Below, piece after piece: positions 21,404 through 31,763 of a stretch of 64,000 nucleotides of DNA (positions are counted from its first letter, which is position 1; each line of letters starts with the position of its first letter). Source of the DNA: an uncultured cyanobacterium (GTDB taxonomy: Bacteria > Cyanobacteriota > Cyanobacteriia > Cyanobacteriales > Cyanobacteriaceae); assembly GCA_963749915.1 (NCBI GenBank), contig CAVVOP010000008.1, positions 768,001 through 832,000 on the forward strand, given 5' to 3'. The notes under the pieces are model-generated. The model had not been told where the DNA came from. It worked only from the letters and a program-made list of their open reading frames with translations, and did not search any database. A program made the translations under genes and the position numbers.

Positions 21404-21594
21404 TCTGACTTTTCGCGGGATCTTTTTCGGGACTCGGGCGCTCGCCGTAGGCGCACTTTCGGTGACCGCCAAATTCCCATTCTCCAAGCCTGATTCTTTC
21501 GTTGGCTATTCTCATTAAGCAAAGATTATTGAGAATCAGGCTGGAGGGAAACCCTTATTTAGAGGGGCTTTTAGAAATGCCGTGAAAAGTCAGA
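21404..21594. mobile_element. MITE (191 bp) with 15-bp TIRs and 8-bp target site duplication
   Basis: TIRs TCTGACTTTTCGCGG (21404-21418) and CCGTGAAAAGTCAGA (21580-21594), 1 mismatch. Flanking direct repeat TTAAGGGT at 21396-21403 and 21595-21602. Internal hairpin AGCCTGATTCT...AGAATCAGGCT. Confidence 0.85.
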
Positions 21595-21805
21595 TTAAGG
21601 GTTAGTGTTTTACTAGAAATTTTGGATTACATAAAAATTATAGTTTAATTATTTATTTTTATTAAATTTTTAGATAGTAATTTTTTGATTATTTACCTGA
21701 ATTTGCTTGTGAGCAACAAAAACATCTTTTTTTGATTAACAATATATTTTAAAATTTTAAAAATTCACTTATTCACAATTTTTTATCAAACAATTAGTTA
21801 ATATT

Positions 21806-21997
21806 ATGCCTACTATGACTTATAACCATTTTGTCAAATTTCTCCAGGAGGAAATCAATTTACCCGAAGATGCCATTGCTATTGCTCAACGTTCGGTAGA
21901 TCATAATTTAGGTTTAATGCCAATGGTTTTATGGCAATATGGACTAGTAACCATTGAACAATTAGATCGTATATATGATTGGTTAGAAACCTTTTAA
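21806..21997 (+). CDS. DUF2949 family protein
   Basis: FLQEEINLP...MPMVLWQYGLVTIEQLDRIYDWLE signature. Confidence 0.88.
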   Translation: MPTMTYNHFVKFLQEEINLPEDAIAIAQRSVDHNLGLMPMVLWQYGLVTIEQLDRIYDWLETF

Positions 21998-22097
21998 ACA
22001 CTTCTTATTATTTATTATTTATTATTTGATTTACTCTTCACATAAAACTTTTTTTACCTAATATTTTTTCTTTAATAACCTTTGGGAGTGATCGTCT

Positions 22098-22913
22098 TTG
22101 CAAAAAGAAAGATTGGACATATTATTGATACAAAAACAATTGTGTGACACCAGAGCGATCGCACAAAAAATGATTAGGGCGGGAAAAGTCAGGGTAAAAC
22201 AGCAAATTGTGGATAAACCTGGCACTTTAATTGGGATTGAGAGTTTGATTGAAGTGGAAGCAGAACCTCTTTTTGTCTCCAGGGGAGGAGAAAAATTATT
22301 AAAAGCCTTGGATCACTTTAATCTCAATGTAGAAGATCGTATTTGCCTTGATGGCGGTATTTCTACGGGAGGATTTTCCGATTGTTTATTGCAACGAGGT
22401 GCACAAAAAATATACGGTGTGGATGTGGGATATGGGCAAGTAGCATGGAAATTACGGCAGGACGAGCGATTAATTTTATTAGAAAGAACCAATTTTCGTC
22501 ATCTTACCCCCGAAAAACTTTATCGAGGGGCAAATTTTGCCGATTTAGCCGTAATGGATTTATCATTTATCTCCCTAACAAAAGTTTTAGCCAAATTATG
22601 GGAATTATTAATTGTGCCCAGAGATATAATTTTATTAGTAAAACCCCAGTTTGAAGTGGGCAAAAATAAAGTCGGTAAAAATGGTGTCGTCAGAGATTTT
22701 CACACCCAAGCCGAAGCCATTAACCAAGTCCTAACAGAAGCAATGACCCTGGGCTGGGAATATCAAAGTTTAACATGGTCGCCCATCACAGGTCCTGCGG
22801 GAAATATTGAATACCTGCTTTGGCTAAATCAAAATGAAGGTAATCAATGCCCTAGTTTAGATTTAATCGAACAATTAACGAAAGAAAGTCAGAAACAACT
22901 CAAAGCAACATGA
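22098..22913 (+). CDS. tlyA: TlyA family RNA methyltransferase
   Basis: S4 domain (KERLD), FVSRGGEKL, DGGISTGGFSD, LVKPQFE, GPAGNIEY. Confidence 0.92.
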   Translation: MQKERLDILLIQKQLCDTRAIAQKMIRAGKVRVKQQIVDKPGTLIGIESLIEVEAEPLFVSRGGEKLLKALDHFNLNVEDRICLDGGISTGGFSDCLLQRGAQKIYGVDVGYGQVAWKLRQDERLILLERTNFRHLTPEKLYRGANFADLAVMDLSFISLTKVLAKLWELLIVPRDIILLVKPQFEVGKNKVGKNGVVRDFHTQAEAINQVLTEAMTLGWEYQSLTWSPITGPAGNIEYLLWLNQNEGNQCPSLDLIEQLTKESQKQLKAT

Positions 22914-22969
22914 GTCGTCCACAAACCTGGTTTTCTAGTCTGTTGGGAGTTTCAAGTTAAGTTAATATA

Positions 22970-23431
22970 TTATTGATGTATTACTGTTTCTTTAGAAGAG
23001 TCTTTTTCTTTAAAAGTATCTTTGTTACTACTAACAGGCTCATTTTTAGGTCGGTGAGATTCTTGAACGGTATTACCTTCCATACTCTCCACTAAGGTAA
23101 TTTTTATTCTAGGACCAGAACTAGCTAAACGTATTACCATACCATCTTTTACTAAAACTTTATTAATCTTTTTACCATTGATAAAAGTACCATTAGAGCC
23201 TAAATTCACTAATGCCCAATCATTTCCCCGAGGACGAATTTCCAAATGATGACGAGAAACAACCGCACTATATAAAACCACATGGTTATTACTAGCTCTA
23301 CCAATTCTGATTACTGAATTCGACTCAAAATTCCATTTTTGAACTGCAATTGATTTGAGAGGGTGCAAAAGAGTTAGGGTAATCACCGACGTTTCATCTG
23401 AGTAAAGATTGTTACTTTTGTGATAAGTCAA
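22970..23431 (-). CDS. FHA domain protein
   Basis: IRIGRA, VVSRHH, GSNGTFING. Confidence 0.9.
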   Translation of the reverse strand: MTYHKSNNLYSDETSVITLTLLHPLKSIAVQKWNFESNSVIRIGRASNNHVVLYSAVVSRHHLEIRPRGNDWALVNLGSNGTFINGKKINKVLVKDGMVIRLASSGPRIKITLVESMEGNTVQESHRPKNEPVSSNKDTFKEKDSSKETVIHQ

Positions 23432-23567
23432 AAAAAATGTTCACAAGTTTGACTCGATACACTCTCACATTTTACATGATTCAGCTGTCAATGTCCTCTT
23501 TTACAAAATTAGGCGTTAGGGGGCTGATTCCCCCCCATAAGAATAACTCTCTTAAGATTATAGGTTA

Positions 23568-24002
23568 CTATACATCATAGGGAGCTTTACCAGAGAATTT
23601 GAGAGTAACAGGCTCAGGATTTTTGCCGATGCTTCTGTCTTTTTTGCCATGAAACTCACGTCCTTCATTAACTTTCTCAGGAAACACACCATCAGCAGGA
23701 TGGAGATATTGAATTTCACCAGTAGGATAAACACGGTAAATTTTATAATCTTCAATTTTGGGCTTAAATTTGGTGCGTAACTGAGTGCCTAAAGCTAAAC
23801 ATTGCTCTTTACGAGCAAAATAGAATAAATTTTCCCCTTGATTCATGGTAGCCGCACCCCCAGTAGGCATTTCAAAAACTTGTTCAGTATTACTTGTCCA
23901 AGTAATAGCATATTTTTCCTCTCTGTCAGCCGCAGAAAGTAAACCGCCAGTGCTACCACCGAATTTTGGCATTTGTCCAGTGAGTTGAATTGTTTCGCTC
24001 AT
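23568..24002 (-). CDS. psaD: Photosystem I subunit II PsaD
   Basis: [42 protein letters not shown]. Confidence 0.98.
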   Translation of the reverse strand: MSETIQLTGQMPKFGGSTGGLLSAADREEKYAITWTSNTEQVFEMPTGGAATMNQGENLFYFARKEQCLALGTQLRTKFKPKIEDYKIYRVYPTGEIQYLHPADGVFPEKVNEGREFHGKKDRSIGKNPEPVTLKFSGKAPYDV

Positions 24003-24067
24003 ACAGATATTGCTTTTATGGTAATTATATTTACTATCTAGGCAATGCTACCACTGAGATTAACAAT

Positions 24068-24095
24068 ATTGTTCATCTTTGTTATGAACTGTAAC
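24068..24095 (-). promoter_or_regulatory. HLR1-like (RpaB) repeats upstream of psaD
   Basis: Minus strand GTTACAGT-TC-ATAACAAA-GA-TGAACAAT with 10-bp period; PSI promoters are known RpaB targets. Confidence 0.4.
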
Positions 24096-24125
24096 AGTTT
24101 GTTCTGTCAAGTACTATAGTGTAAA

Positions 24126-24449
24126 TCAAAATTGCGGTTTAATCTCGGTACATAATTCATAAAAATCTGTTTCTGGAGGTGATGCGAACAAATGTTTCAT
24201 TTTCTCCATAATTTTCTGATAGGTGTCGTTTTGGTTTTCTTCCATGTCTTCTACTTTTTTCCAAATGATGAAAGCAATTCCTTCATCAGTATTGGGTTTC
24301 TGAAATAAATATGCTCCCTCAAAACCGACGGTATAAGTAGCAACGGCTTCCTCAAACAATTTTTGAGCCTCCGAAAATTTTCCGGGTTTAAAGGTGGCGA
24401 TCGCAACATAGGTATATTTGTGACGTAAAAAATCACTAAATTCTTGCAT
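24126..24449 (-). CDS. Antibiotic biosynthesis monooxygenase-like (dimeric alpha/beta barrel) protein
   Basis: FKPGKFSEA...GFEGAYLF...FIIW...FASPPETDFYE pattern. Confidence 0.65.
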   Translation of the reverse strand: MQEFSDFLRHKYTYVAIATFKPGKFSEAQKLFEEAVATYTVGFEGAYLFQKPNTDEGIAFIIWKKVEDMEENQNDTYQKIMEKMKHLFASPPETDFYELCTEIKPQF

Positions 24450-24628
24450 AATATAATGATGAGATGAAAATTTATCTATATTGTTAATCTTAAGTTTTGT
24501 AGAGATGAAAAAGAATCAACAATTAATAAAGATTAACATTTTTTTTACAAACGCTAATTATAAATGCAGTAAGGAAGACAGGCGAAAAATTTCTCATTAA
24601 TTACCAGCCTTCCCCCATCACTCACAAG

Positions 24629-24952
24629 CTAGTTCGTGCCTGAGAAAACCACTTCAGGAAACTTCTGTTGAGCCTGAAGCATACTGGTAATCCTACCTTT
24701 TTCTTGCCAGAAATTAATAAGTTCCGTAGCCTGGTTGAGTAATTGGATTTTTTCGCCATCAGTAATCCAATTTTTCTTATCTAACTCATCTTTTAATTCC
24801 TGCCAGGCATCGCTACGAGGCCAGAAATAGTAAGGTGTCAAAGGGCTAGTACCTTTACTGATTACATAATCAACCGCAAGGGCAATATCTTTGTCTAACC
24901 ACACAACTTTTAACACAAATCGAGAATCAATTTTAGTTTCTACCGCTTCCAA
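24629..24952 (-). CDS. ycf65: 30S ribosomal protein PSRP-3/Ycf65
   Basis: [45 protein letters not shown]. Confidence 0.93.
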   Translation of the reverse strand: MEAVETKIDSRFVLKVVWLDKDIALAVDYVISKGTSPLTPYYFWPRSDAWQELKDELDKKNWITDGEKIQLLNQATELINFWQEKGRITSMLQAQQKFPEVVFSGTN

Positions 24953-25071
24953 TTAAACCTCCAAATAAAAATTTTTATATACAAATAATTAAGCACGTTA
25001 AGATATTATAACCTAAGATCGATTCTAGTAAAAACCGTTATTAATGTTATTAAAGAAGGCTTCTATTTTAA

Positions 25072-25833
25072 ATGAAAGGTATTGTCATTTTTGATATTGA
25101 TGGAGTAATTCGTGATGTCACAGGTTCATATCGCCGTGCCCTAGCCGATACCGTGGAACATTTTACCAACAATAATTATCGGCCCACCATGAAAGATATT
25201 GATGATTTAAAAGCCGAGGGAATCTGGAATAATGATTGGGAAGGCTCACAAGAGTTAATTTATCGTTATTTTGAAAGTAAAGGCAAATCTCGTGCCGATA
25301 TTAATTACACTTACTCCGACATTGTTAACTTTTTTCAAAGCCGTTATCGAGGCACTCAATCCCATCGACCTGAAACATGGGACGGTTATGTTACCACTGA
25401 ACCATTATTAGTTGATCGAGAATATTTTCGCACCTTAACCGCTAATAACTTGGCTTGGGGTTTTTTTAGTGGTGCAACGAGGGGATCAGCAGAATACATT
25501 TTAAAACACCGTTTAGGATTAGAAAATCCGTTGTTAGTAGCCATGGAAGAGGCCCCCGGAAAACCAGATCCTACAGGGTTATTTCTAACAGTAGGATTAA
25601 TAGAACAGGAATTATCTTTATCAACATCATTGCCTGTGGCGTATTTGGGGGATACAGTGGCGGACATGACGACTATCATTAAAGCCAGACAAATTAAACC
25701 GGAAAGGGAATGGGTCGCAGTGGGTGTTTTACCCCCTCATATTCACGGTGATGAAAATATCAGTAAATATAGTAAACAATTATTAACCGCTGGGGCAAAT
25801 GAAGTTGTTTCACGAGTCACAGACTTTCTCTAA
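25072..25833 (+). CDS. HAD-superfamily hydrolase (TIGR01548-type)
   Basis: FDIDGVIRDV, WNNDW, PGKPDP, YLGDTVADM. Confidence 0.88.
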   Translation: MKGIVIFDIDGVIRDVTGSYRRALADTVEHFTNNNYRPTMKDIDDLKAEGIWNNDWEGSQELIYRYFESKGKSRADINYTYSDIVNFFQSRYRGTQSHRPETWDGYVTTEPLLVDREYFRTLTANNLAWGFFSGATRGSAEYILKHRLGLENPLLVAMEEAPGKPDPTGLFLTVGLIEQELSLSTSLPVAYLGDTVADMTTIIKARQIKPEREWVAVGVLPPHIHGDENISKYSKQLLTAGANEVVSRVTDFL

Positions 25834-25990
25834 TTCAAAAATAACGAACAATTTTAAAGTCAAGAAATATTAAGAAAATCCCCAGAGCAAACGCACACAT
25901 TTCTTTACATTCGACTAAGTTATGATCAGAAATGAATTTTCCAGAGTATAACCATTTGCCAAAAAACTACCATGTCAAGCTTTACTGAGA

Positions 25991-26911
25991 TTAATTACGG
26001 TGATTATTTTCACAATAAACTCTTGCGCCCGCCCATTGCAATTTTTCCCGTAGAGTTTTATAAAATGAATGAGATTCCCTTAAAATAATGAATTGTGCCT
26101 GAAAATCAGCCATTTGTACATTAACCCATTGCCCAGGCCAAATTGAGGTTGCTAAAACTCCATCCATCCATAGCTTATTGTTTAACTCGTAATCTCCTAA
26201 TGTCCAAATACTTACAACCGAGCGAGGTGGTAAAAGTAAAGGGCGACTGGATAAACTAAGAGGACATATCGGGGTAACGGCGATGGCACTCATTCCCGGA
26301 TGAATAATGGGACCATTAGCCGAAGCAGTGTAACAAGTTGAACCCGTAGGAGTAGAGACAATTAAACCATCACCGTGATACTGATCAACAACTTCCCCAT
26401 CGACTTCCATTTCCAGTAAAGAGGTGGGCATTCTGTCTAAACAGGCCGGTTTTACACACATCTCATTCAAACAAAAAAAGCGATCGCTGACAGGTTCAAT
26501 GTCTTTCTTATTTCTTTCCCAAATTTGGGCTTCCAACATCATACGCCTTTCCACCGCATATAAGTCATTTTCTAGCCTTTGCCAGAGGGTTTCTGTATCT
26601 TGAAAAAGAGAAAAGGGTTCCGTTAAAAACCCTAAATGTCCACCCACATTAACCGCTAATAGAGGGATTCCTTCGGGAGCTAAATGACGAGAAGCTGCTA
26701 AAATAGTACCATCACCGCCTAAAATAATCCCCAAATCAATTTTTTGGGTGGCAGATGCTAAAAATACCGGATAAGGGTTATCTTTTACCCCACTAGGACC
26801 CAATAATACTTTACATTGACGGGCTTCTAATTCCTTTGCACATCTTTCCGCCCATACTTTACTATCTTTATCCCCTGCTTTATAGGCAATAATTACTTGT
26901 TTTAACCGCAC
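25991..26911 (-). CDS. ppnK: NAD(+) kinase
   Basis: LGGDGT, GHLGFL, LNE, GDGLIVSTPTGSTCY; GTG start. Confidence 0.95.
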   Translation of the reverse strand: MRLKQVIIAYKAGDKDSKVWAERCAKELEARQCKVLLGPSGVKDNPYPVFLASATQKIDLGIILGGDGTILAASRHLAPEGIPLLAVNVGGHLGFLTEPFSLFQDTETLWQRLENDLYAVERRMMLEAQIWERNKKDIEPVSDRFFCLNEMCVKPACLDRMPTSLLEMEVDGEVVDQYHGDGLIVSTPTGSTCYTASANGPIIHPGMSAIAVTPICPLSLSSRPLLLPPRSVVSIWTLGDYELNNKLWMDGVLATSIWPGQWVNVQMADFQAQFIILRESHSFYKTLREKLQWAGARVYCENNHRN

Positions 26912-27082
26912 AGTTTTTATGGTTTAATTTTCTTTAATGTTGGGTTATCATTTCGCTTACCGGAGTTTACTCAACCCCAGATAGAGATTCTATCTCAACG
27001 GCATCAATTTAATAAAGATGGCTAGACAGTTAATGATTCCTAAGATGATGTTATCGGCAACGCTCAGGGCAAGCAGTACAAG

Positions 27083-27124
27083 TTTTGGATTTCGGATTAG
27101 AAAAGCCTTTGTGACTCCTAACTT
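27083..27124 (-). repeat. Dispersed repeat copy related to the interior of the 56388 MITE
   Basis: Reverse complement AAGTTAGGAGTCACAAAGGCTTTTCTAATCCGAAATCCAAAA versus AAGTCAGGAGTCAGAAAGGCTTTTCCAATCCAAAATCCAAAA starting at 56433. Confidence 0.7.
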
Positions 27125-27148
27125 GAAAGACTGGGGAAAAATTGTTAA

Positions 27149-28150
27149 TTATTGATTATTCATTGTTATGTGAACGTTTAAGCCCATCTTTTTCAAAGAG
27201 TTCGAGACCTCTTGAGCTTTTTCAGGATTACTAAAAACTCCCACTTGCAACATTTGTACCCCTCTTAAGTTTGTACGGAAGGCTTCGGGATAAAGGGATC
27301 TTACCTGGGATTCTTGAGTAGAATTATTGACTTTCACTAATACCTTATGAATATTATTGGTTATTGTATTTAAAGATGATGCTTGATTTACTGGTGTTGT
27401 CGGAGTGACAATGGAATTATTGGAGTTGTTTTTTGGTGGTGCGGAGAAGACCAAAATATCATTTAAACTTCTTCTTCTACCCACGTTAGTTTTAGGGGCA
27501 ACGGGTTGGGGAGATGCCGCATTAGTATTTCTGCCATTACCAGGGCTGTTGTTGACCGATGGAGAAGCATTGGGACTTAAATTGATAGATCTGGGAGTGG
27601 TCTTAAGGTTATGGGAAGGGTTAACCGTTTTTTCCTCAGATAGGGTAGGTTGGCTATCGTTGGGAGTTTGATCAAAGGGGGACACTGATACGGATAAAGT
27701 AGTGATTTTTTTGTTGGCATCCCTACTATCCGCAGAATTTTGATTAATTTGGTTATTTACATCTGGACGGCGGTAAGGTTCTGATAAGGGCGGAATTTGC
27801 GGCAATGGCTGATTGGATTTAATTAAACTTCCTGAAACTGCGGTGGGGCGGGGTGGGGCTGCATTACCGTTAACGAATACTTCCCCAATGGTAGAATTCT
27901 GATTCCCTGTGGGTAGAGTATTATTATTATCAGATGGGGTAATTTTACCCAATGGTGCATCGATAGTCAATGGCTCAGAGCTCGAATCGTTATAAGGATC
28001 AACTATTATTTCCGTATTGGCTGAGGCGATTACACCTTGACCTGTTAAGAAGGTAATGAAAGGGTAGGCAAAAAAACTTGTAGATCCCAAAAATAAATGT
28101 AAGCAAAAACGAGGTAATTTGGACCTTAAAACTGGAGTGGACTGGTTCAT
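27149..28150 (-). CDS. Exported Pro/Asn-rich protein with C-terminal SPOR-like domain
   Basis: N-terminal hydrophobic segment, low-complexity linker, VRSLYPEAF...LQVGVFSNPEKAQEV..LKKMGL. Confidence 0.7.
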   Translation of the reverse strand: MNQSTPVLRSKLPRFCLHLFLGSTSFFAYPFITFLTGQGVIASANTEIIVDPYNDSSSEPLTIDAPLGKITPSDNNNTLPTGNQNSTIGEVFVNGNAAPPRPTAVSGSLIKSNQPLPQIPPLSEPYRRPDVNNQINQNSADSRDANKKITTLSVSVSPFDQTPNDSQPTLSEEKTVNPSHNLKTTPRSINLSPNASPSVNNSPGNGRNTNAASPQPVAPKTNVGRRRSLNDILVFSAPPKNNSNNSIVTPTTPVNQASSLNTITNNIHKVLVKVNNSTQESQVRSLYPEAFRTNLRGVQMLQVGVFSNPEKAQEVSNSLKKMGLNVHITMNNQ

Positions 28151-28274
28151 AATCGTAGTTTGAGAGATATAAATTTTGATAATATCAAAGGAATAGTTCT
28201 GTCTTTATGATTTTAGTTTAAGGGCTGGGTTATAAAAAACAATTATAGCAATAGACTATGGACAATTAATTTAT

Positions 28275-29120
28275 CTATTGAGTTTGTAAATATTTTAAAA
28301 ATTCGATTAGTTCTTCATCTGATAGTAAATGACGGGATTTTTTACCATAGGTTTCCAGAAGATATTTTTTACCCTGATCTTGTGTCCACCCTAATCGCTT
28401 CATTTCAATACTGGTTTGATCAATGATGTGTGAAAAATCTATAGTGTCACTCAATTCTAAGGGTAAGGTTAAACTCGGTTCTACGGGTAAATCTTCTTCT
28501 TGTGCCAATGGAGAAAATAGAACTGAATTATTATCGCGAGAATCGCCATTAGTTTCGTAATTGGGCTCAGTTCCGAACAAATTCTGTGTATCGGGGTTTT
28601 CTGAAGATGGAAGATTTAAAGAAGGTTCTGAGATCTTTTCTTCTGTTCGGTTATCGGTATCTTGGGAATTCTCCGCCCAACCTTCATGCTCATTTACCAT
28701 CATATTCGACTTATCCTCCGGCGGTGAAGGGATATTCTCCCATAAATCCGAAGGATCTGGTGTCGCTACTTCTGGAGTTGATTCATCTTCAGTTTTGACG
28801 GATTTTATGCTTGGTTTTGCCGTTGGGGAATCTTTTTTCAGGGATTGACTCTTTGAAGAAACTCCAATATTAGGAATTGTAGAAGAAGATTCTATATTGG
28901 GGATTTCATCAATTTTTTCGGATATTTTTGGCAAAATATCTGTATTAACTAGCGTGATCGCTCTTTTTCGAGCAGAATCTTCCGCCTTTTCCACCGTATC
29001 TTCCCCAGCTAATGCCGAACCCAAAATGACACCATCATTATAAACTGAGACTTTAACAATATATTTGCCATGATCCACCGTTATAAAGTCACTGATTAAC
29101 GTTAATGGTTTAATGCTCAT
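28275..29120 (-). CDS. Conserved cyanobacterial hypothetical protein
   Basis: Folded N-terminus (GSALAGEDTVEKAEDSARKRA), acidic disordered linker, C-terminal EMKRLGWTQDQGKKYLLETYGKKSRHLLSDEEL. Confidence 0.7.
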   Translation of the reverse strand: MSIKPLTLISDFITVDHGKYIVKVSVYNDGVILGSALAGEDTVEKAEDSARKRAITLVNTDILPKISEKIDEIPNIESSSTIPNIGVSSKSQSLKKDSPTAKPSIKSVKTEDESTPEVATPDPSDLWENIPSPPEDKSNMMVNEHEGWAENSQDTDNRTEEKISEPSLNLPSSENPDTQNLFGTEPNYETNGDSRDNNSVLFSPLAQEEDLPVEPSLTLPLELSDTIDFSHIIDQTSIEMKRLGWTQDQGKKYLLETYGKKSRHLLSDEELIEFLKYLQTQ

Positions 29121-29490
29121 AATTTTAAAAAGAAATAGTTAGAAAAATCTCATATCAATACAATTATACTAATCAACCTGAGTTTTGTTTAATAATTTTT
29201 CGTGAGGACGGGGAAATAGTCTATTTTCTGCCTTGATTGTTAATTGTTAATTGTTAAAATAGGATATATTAATACATTGAGAATAAAATTAATAGGTAAC
29301 AATGGGAATCATACTTTTGTTTTCGTTTTTAATTAGTTAATTATAAATCGACACGGATAACAAGAACGTTCCCCCATTGCCGAAGATGTTTTTTCCAGAT
29401 AGTATCACCATTAAAGATCGTATTGGAAAACTTTGCTGATTTTAACCCTGACTCAACATAATTATTTAGATATTTGAAAGGATATAGTAA

Positions 29491-31737
29491 ATGGAATTTT
29501 CAATCGCTACAATACTTTCTCACCTCAGTGCGGATAAACTTGTACCGGGGAAAGTACTGGAAAAAAAATTAGGGTGTGAAGAACCCGAGGAACTCGAAAA
29601 ACTACAAATAGCCCTTGATGTTTTAGAAAAAGTAGGGGTAGTGACCAGGGAATTCGGTAAATACCGCCGAGTAATTGAAGAAGATGTGGTAGAAGCTAAG
29701 TTACGTTGTTCAAGTAAAGGCTTCTGTTTTGCCATTCAAGATGAAGAAGACGCCGATGATATTTATATTCGAGAAAGTCATCTTAGTAATGCTTGGAATA
29801 GCGATCGCGTTTTGGTAAAAATCATTAAAGAAGGTACTCGTCGTCGTTCTCCTGAAGGGGAAGTAAAATTAATTGTCGAAAGGGCAAATCCCTCGGTTTT
29901 AGCCAGAGTTATTGAAGATGATGGCGATTATAATGCAGTTCCTTTAGACGATCGCCTCTTATTTGAGTTGAGTTTAAAACAAAATGGTCAATCTTTAGAA
30001 CAAGCAGTCAATCACTTAGTCCATGTCAATGTTTTACGTTACCCCATTGGACAAAATCCGCCCATCGGAAAAGTCGTCAGAATTTTGGGAAGTGATGCGG
30101 AAACTGCTGCCGACACTGATATTGTTTCTTCTAAACATGATTTACCTCAAGAATTTCCCGAGCGAGTATTACAAAAAGCAGCCAGTTTAAAACCCGATCT
30201 TAGTCCCGCAGATCTCGAAAATCGCCTTGATTTAAGGGATTTATTAACTGTTACCATTGAGCCAGAATCTACTAAAGAGTTAGACTTATTTATCGAAAAT
30301 GCTTTTACTCTCCAAAAAACCGAAGATAATCATTGGCTTTTGGGAGTTCATATCGCTGATGTAGCTCATTTTGTCGAACCCGAAACCCATTTAGATCGAG
30401 AAGCCCGTAAACGTGGTACTAGCGTTCATTTGGCGGATAAAATCATTGACTTGTTACCCAAGGCCGTACAAAACTGCACCTCCCTTATTCCCGAAGTTGA
30501 TCGGTTGAGTATTTCCGTATTTCTCACTTTAGATGATAAAGGGCAAGTTATTGAATATCAAATTCAACCTTCTGTTATTCGGGTAGATCATCAATTAACT
30601 TATAAAGAAGTACAATCCATGATTGGTGCCGGTAGTACTAAACCTGAATTAGAAACTACTTTAGCTTTACTCAATCATCTTTTCTTTGAATTAAGTCCTT
30701 TAGTCAAAGCTCAAAGATTACAAAGGGGAGGATTTGATATTAGCTTAGATAGTATTACCTCTTATTTTAAAGATGAGGGCAGAATTGGAGCGATCGCATC
30801 TTACTCCAGTTTACCGGTACTATCTTTAATGACCGAATTAATGGTATTAGTGGGTAAAGTAGTGGCTGAACATTTAAGAGAATTAAAACTACCCGCCATT
30901 TATTGCACTCAGGCGAAACCAGACTGGGATGAATTGGAAGACTTATTAAAACTGGTAACTAATTTAAAACTTGATTTTCACTTAGAATCTGAAGACGAAT
31001 TACAACCCATCGATTATTACCATCTCATCCAAGAGTTTAGCAAATCTGATTATGAAAAAGTCCTCCATTACCTCTTATTAAACTCCCTCAAATCTGATAA
31101 ATATACTCAACACCCTGCCCCTCATTTTGGTTTAGCCTTACCCATTTATACTCACTGTGTTTCTCCCGGACAAAGATATATTGATTTACAAATACAACGG
31201 GTTTTAAAAGCACTTTTTGAACATGGACGCGATCGCCGTCATAGTCGTGTAAGTAAGGGAGTTGATTTAGGCAGTAGCACTTGTCACGGTGAAATTAACT
31301 GGAATGTATTACCCCCACCTATTCAAAATAACCTTGAAGCCGATTTACACTCCCTCATCACTCACCTTAACGAAAGGGAAAAAATCGCCCAAGATGCCGA
31401 GTCTGACTTAACAGGGTTGAAAAAAGCCGAGAAAATGAAAGACTGTACCGGAAAAGTCTTTAGTGGTTTAATTACAGGAGTGCAATCCTATGGTTTCTTC
31501 GTGCAAATAGAAGACTCCTTAGTAGAGGGATTAGTTCATGTTAGTTCCCTAAAAGATGACTGGTATGAATACCGTTCACGGCATACTTGTTTAGTGGGAA
31601 GAAAAAACCGTACTGCTTATCGTCTTGGTGATACCGTAGAAGTGGAAGTTAAAAGCGTTGATTATTACCGTCAACAAATCGATTTAGTTACCGTGTGCGG
31701 TGGTAGTACAGCCATTGATGCCGATTTTGAAGATTAG
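29491..31737 (+). CDS. RNase R/RNB family protein (cyanobacterial Zam-like)
   Basis: Cold-shock domain (KGFCFA..DIYI), RNB domain (DLRDL, LGVHIADVAHFV, RGTSV, HFGLA), C-terminal S1 domain (GVQSYGFFV, EGLVHVSSL). Confidence 0.9.
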   Translation: MEFSIATILSHLSADKLVPGKVLEKKLGCEEPEELEKLQIALDVLEKVGVVTREFGKYRRVIEEDVVEAKLRCSSKGFCFAIQDEEDADDIYIRESHLSNAWNSDRVLVKIIKEGTRRRSPEGEVKLIVERANPSVLARVIEDDGDYNAVPLDDRLLFELSLKQNGQSLEQAVNHLVHVNVLRYPIGQNPPIGKVVRILGSDAETAADTDIVSSKHDLPQEFPERVLQKAASLKPDLSPADLENRLDLRDLLTVTIEPESTKELDLFIENAFTLQKTEDNHWLLGVHIADVAHFVEPETHLDREARKRGTSVHLADKIIDLLPKAVQNCTSLIPEVDRLSISVFLTLDDKGQVIEYQIQPSVIRVDHQLTYKEVQSMIGAGSTKPELETTLALLNHLFFELSPLVKAQRLQRGGFDISLDSITSYFKDEGRIGAIASYSSLPVLSLMTELMVLVGKVVAEHLRELKLPAIYCTQAKPDWDELEDLLKLVTNLKLDFHLESEDELQPIDYYHLIQEFSKSDYEKVLHYLLLNSLKSDKYTQHPAPHFGLALPIYTHCVSPGQRYIDLQIQRVLKALFEHGRDRRHSRVSKGVDLGSSTCHGEINWNVLPPPIQNNLEADLHSLITHLNEREKIAQDAESDLTGLKKAEKMKDCTGKVFSGLITGVQSYGFFVQIEDSLVEGLVHVSSLKDDWYEYRSRHTCLVGRKNRTAYRLGDTVEVEVKSVDYYRQQIDLVTVCGGSTAIDADFED

Positions 31738-31763
31738 TCAACAATTAACAATTGTCTTCAACA

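Noticed and set aside
26940..27082. Possible structured ncRNA (e.g. 6S) or petM-like small gene upstream of the NAD kinase
   Set aside because: No convincing ORF or recognisable RNA family was found; only short palindromes and repeat fragments are present.
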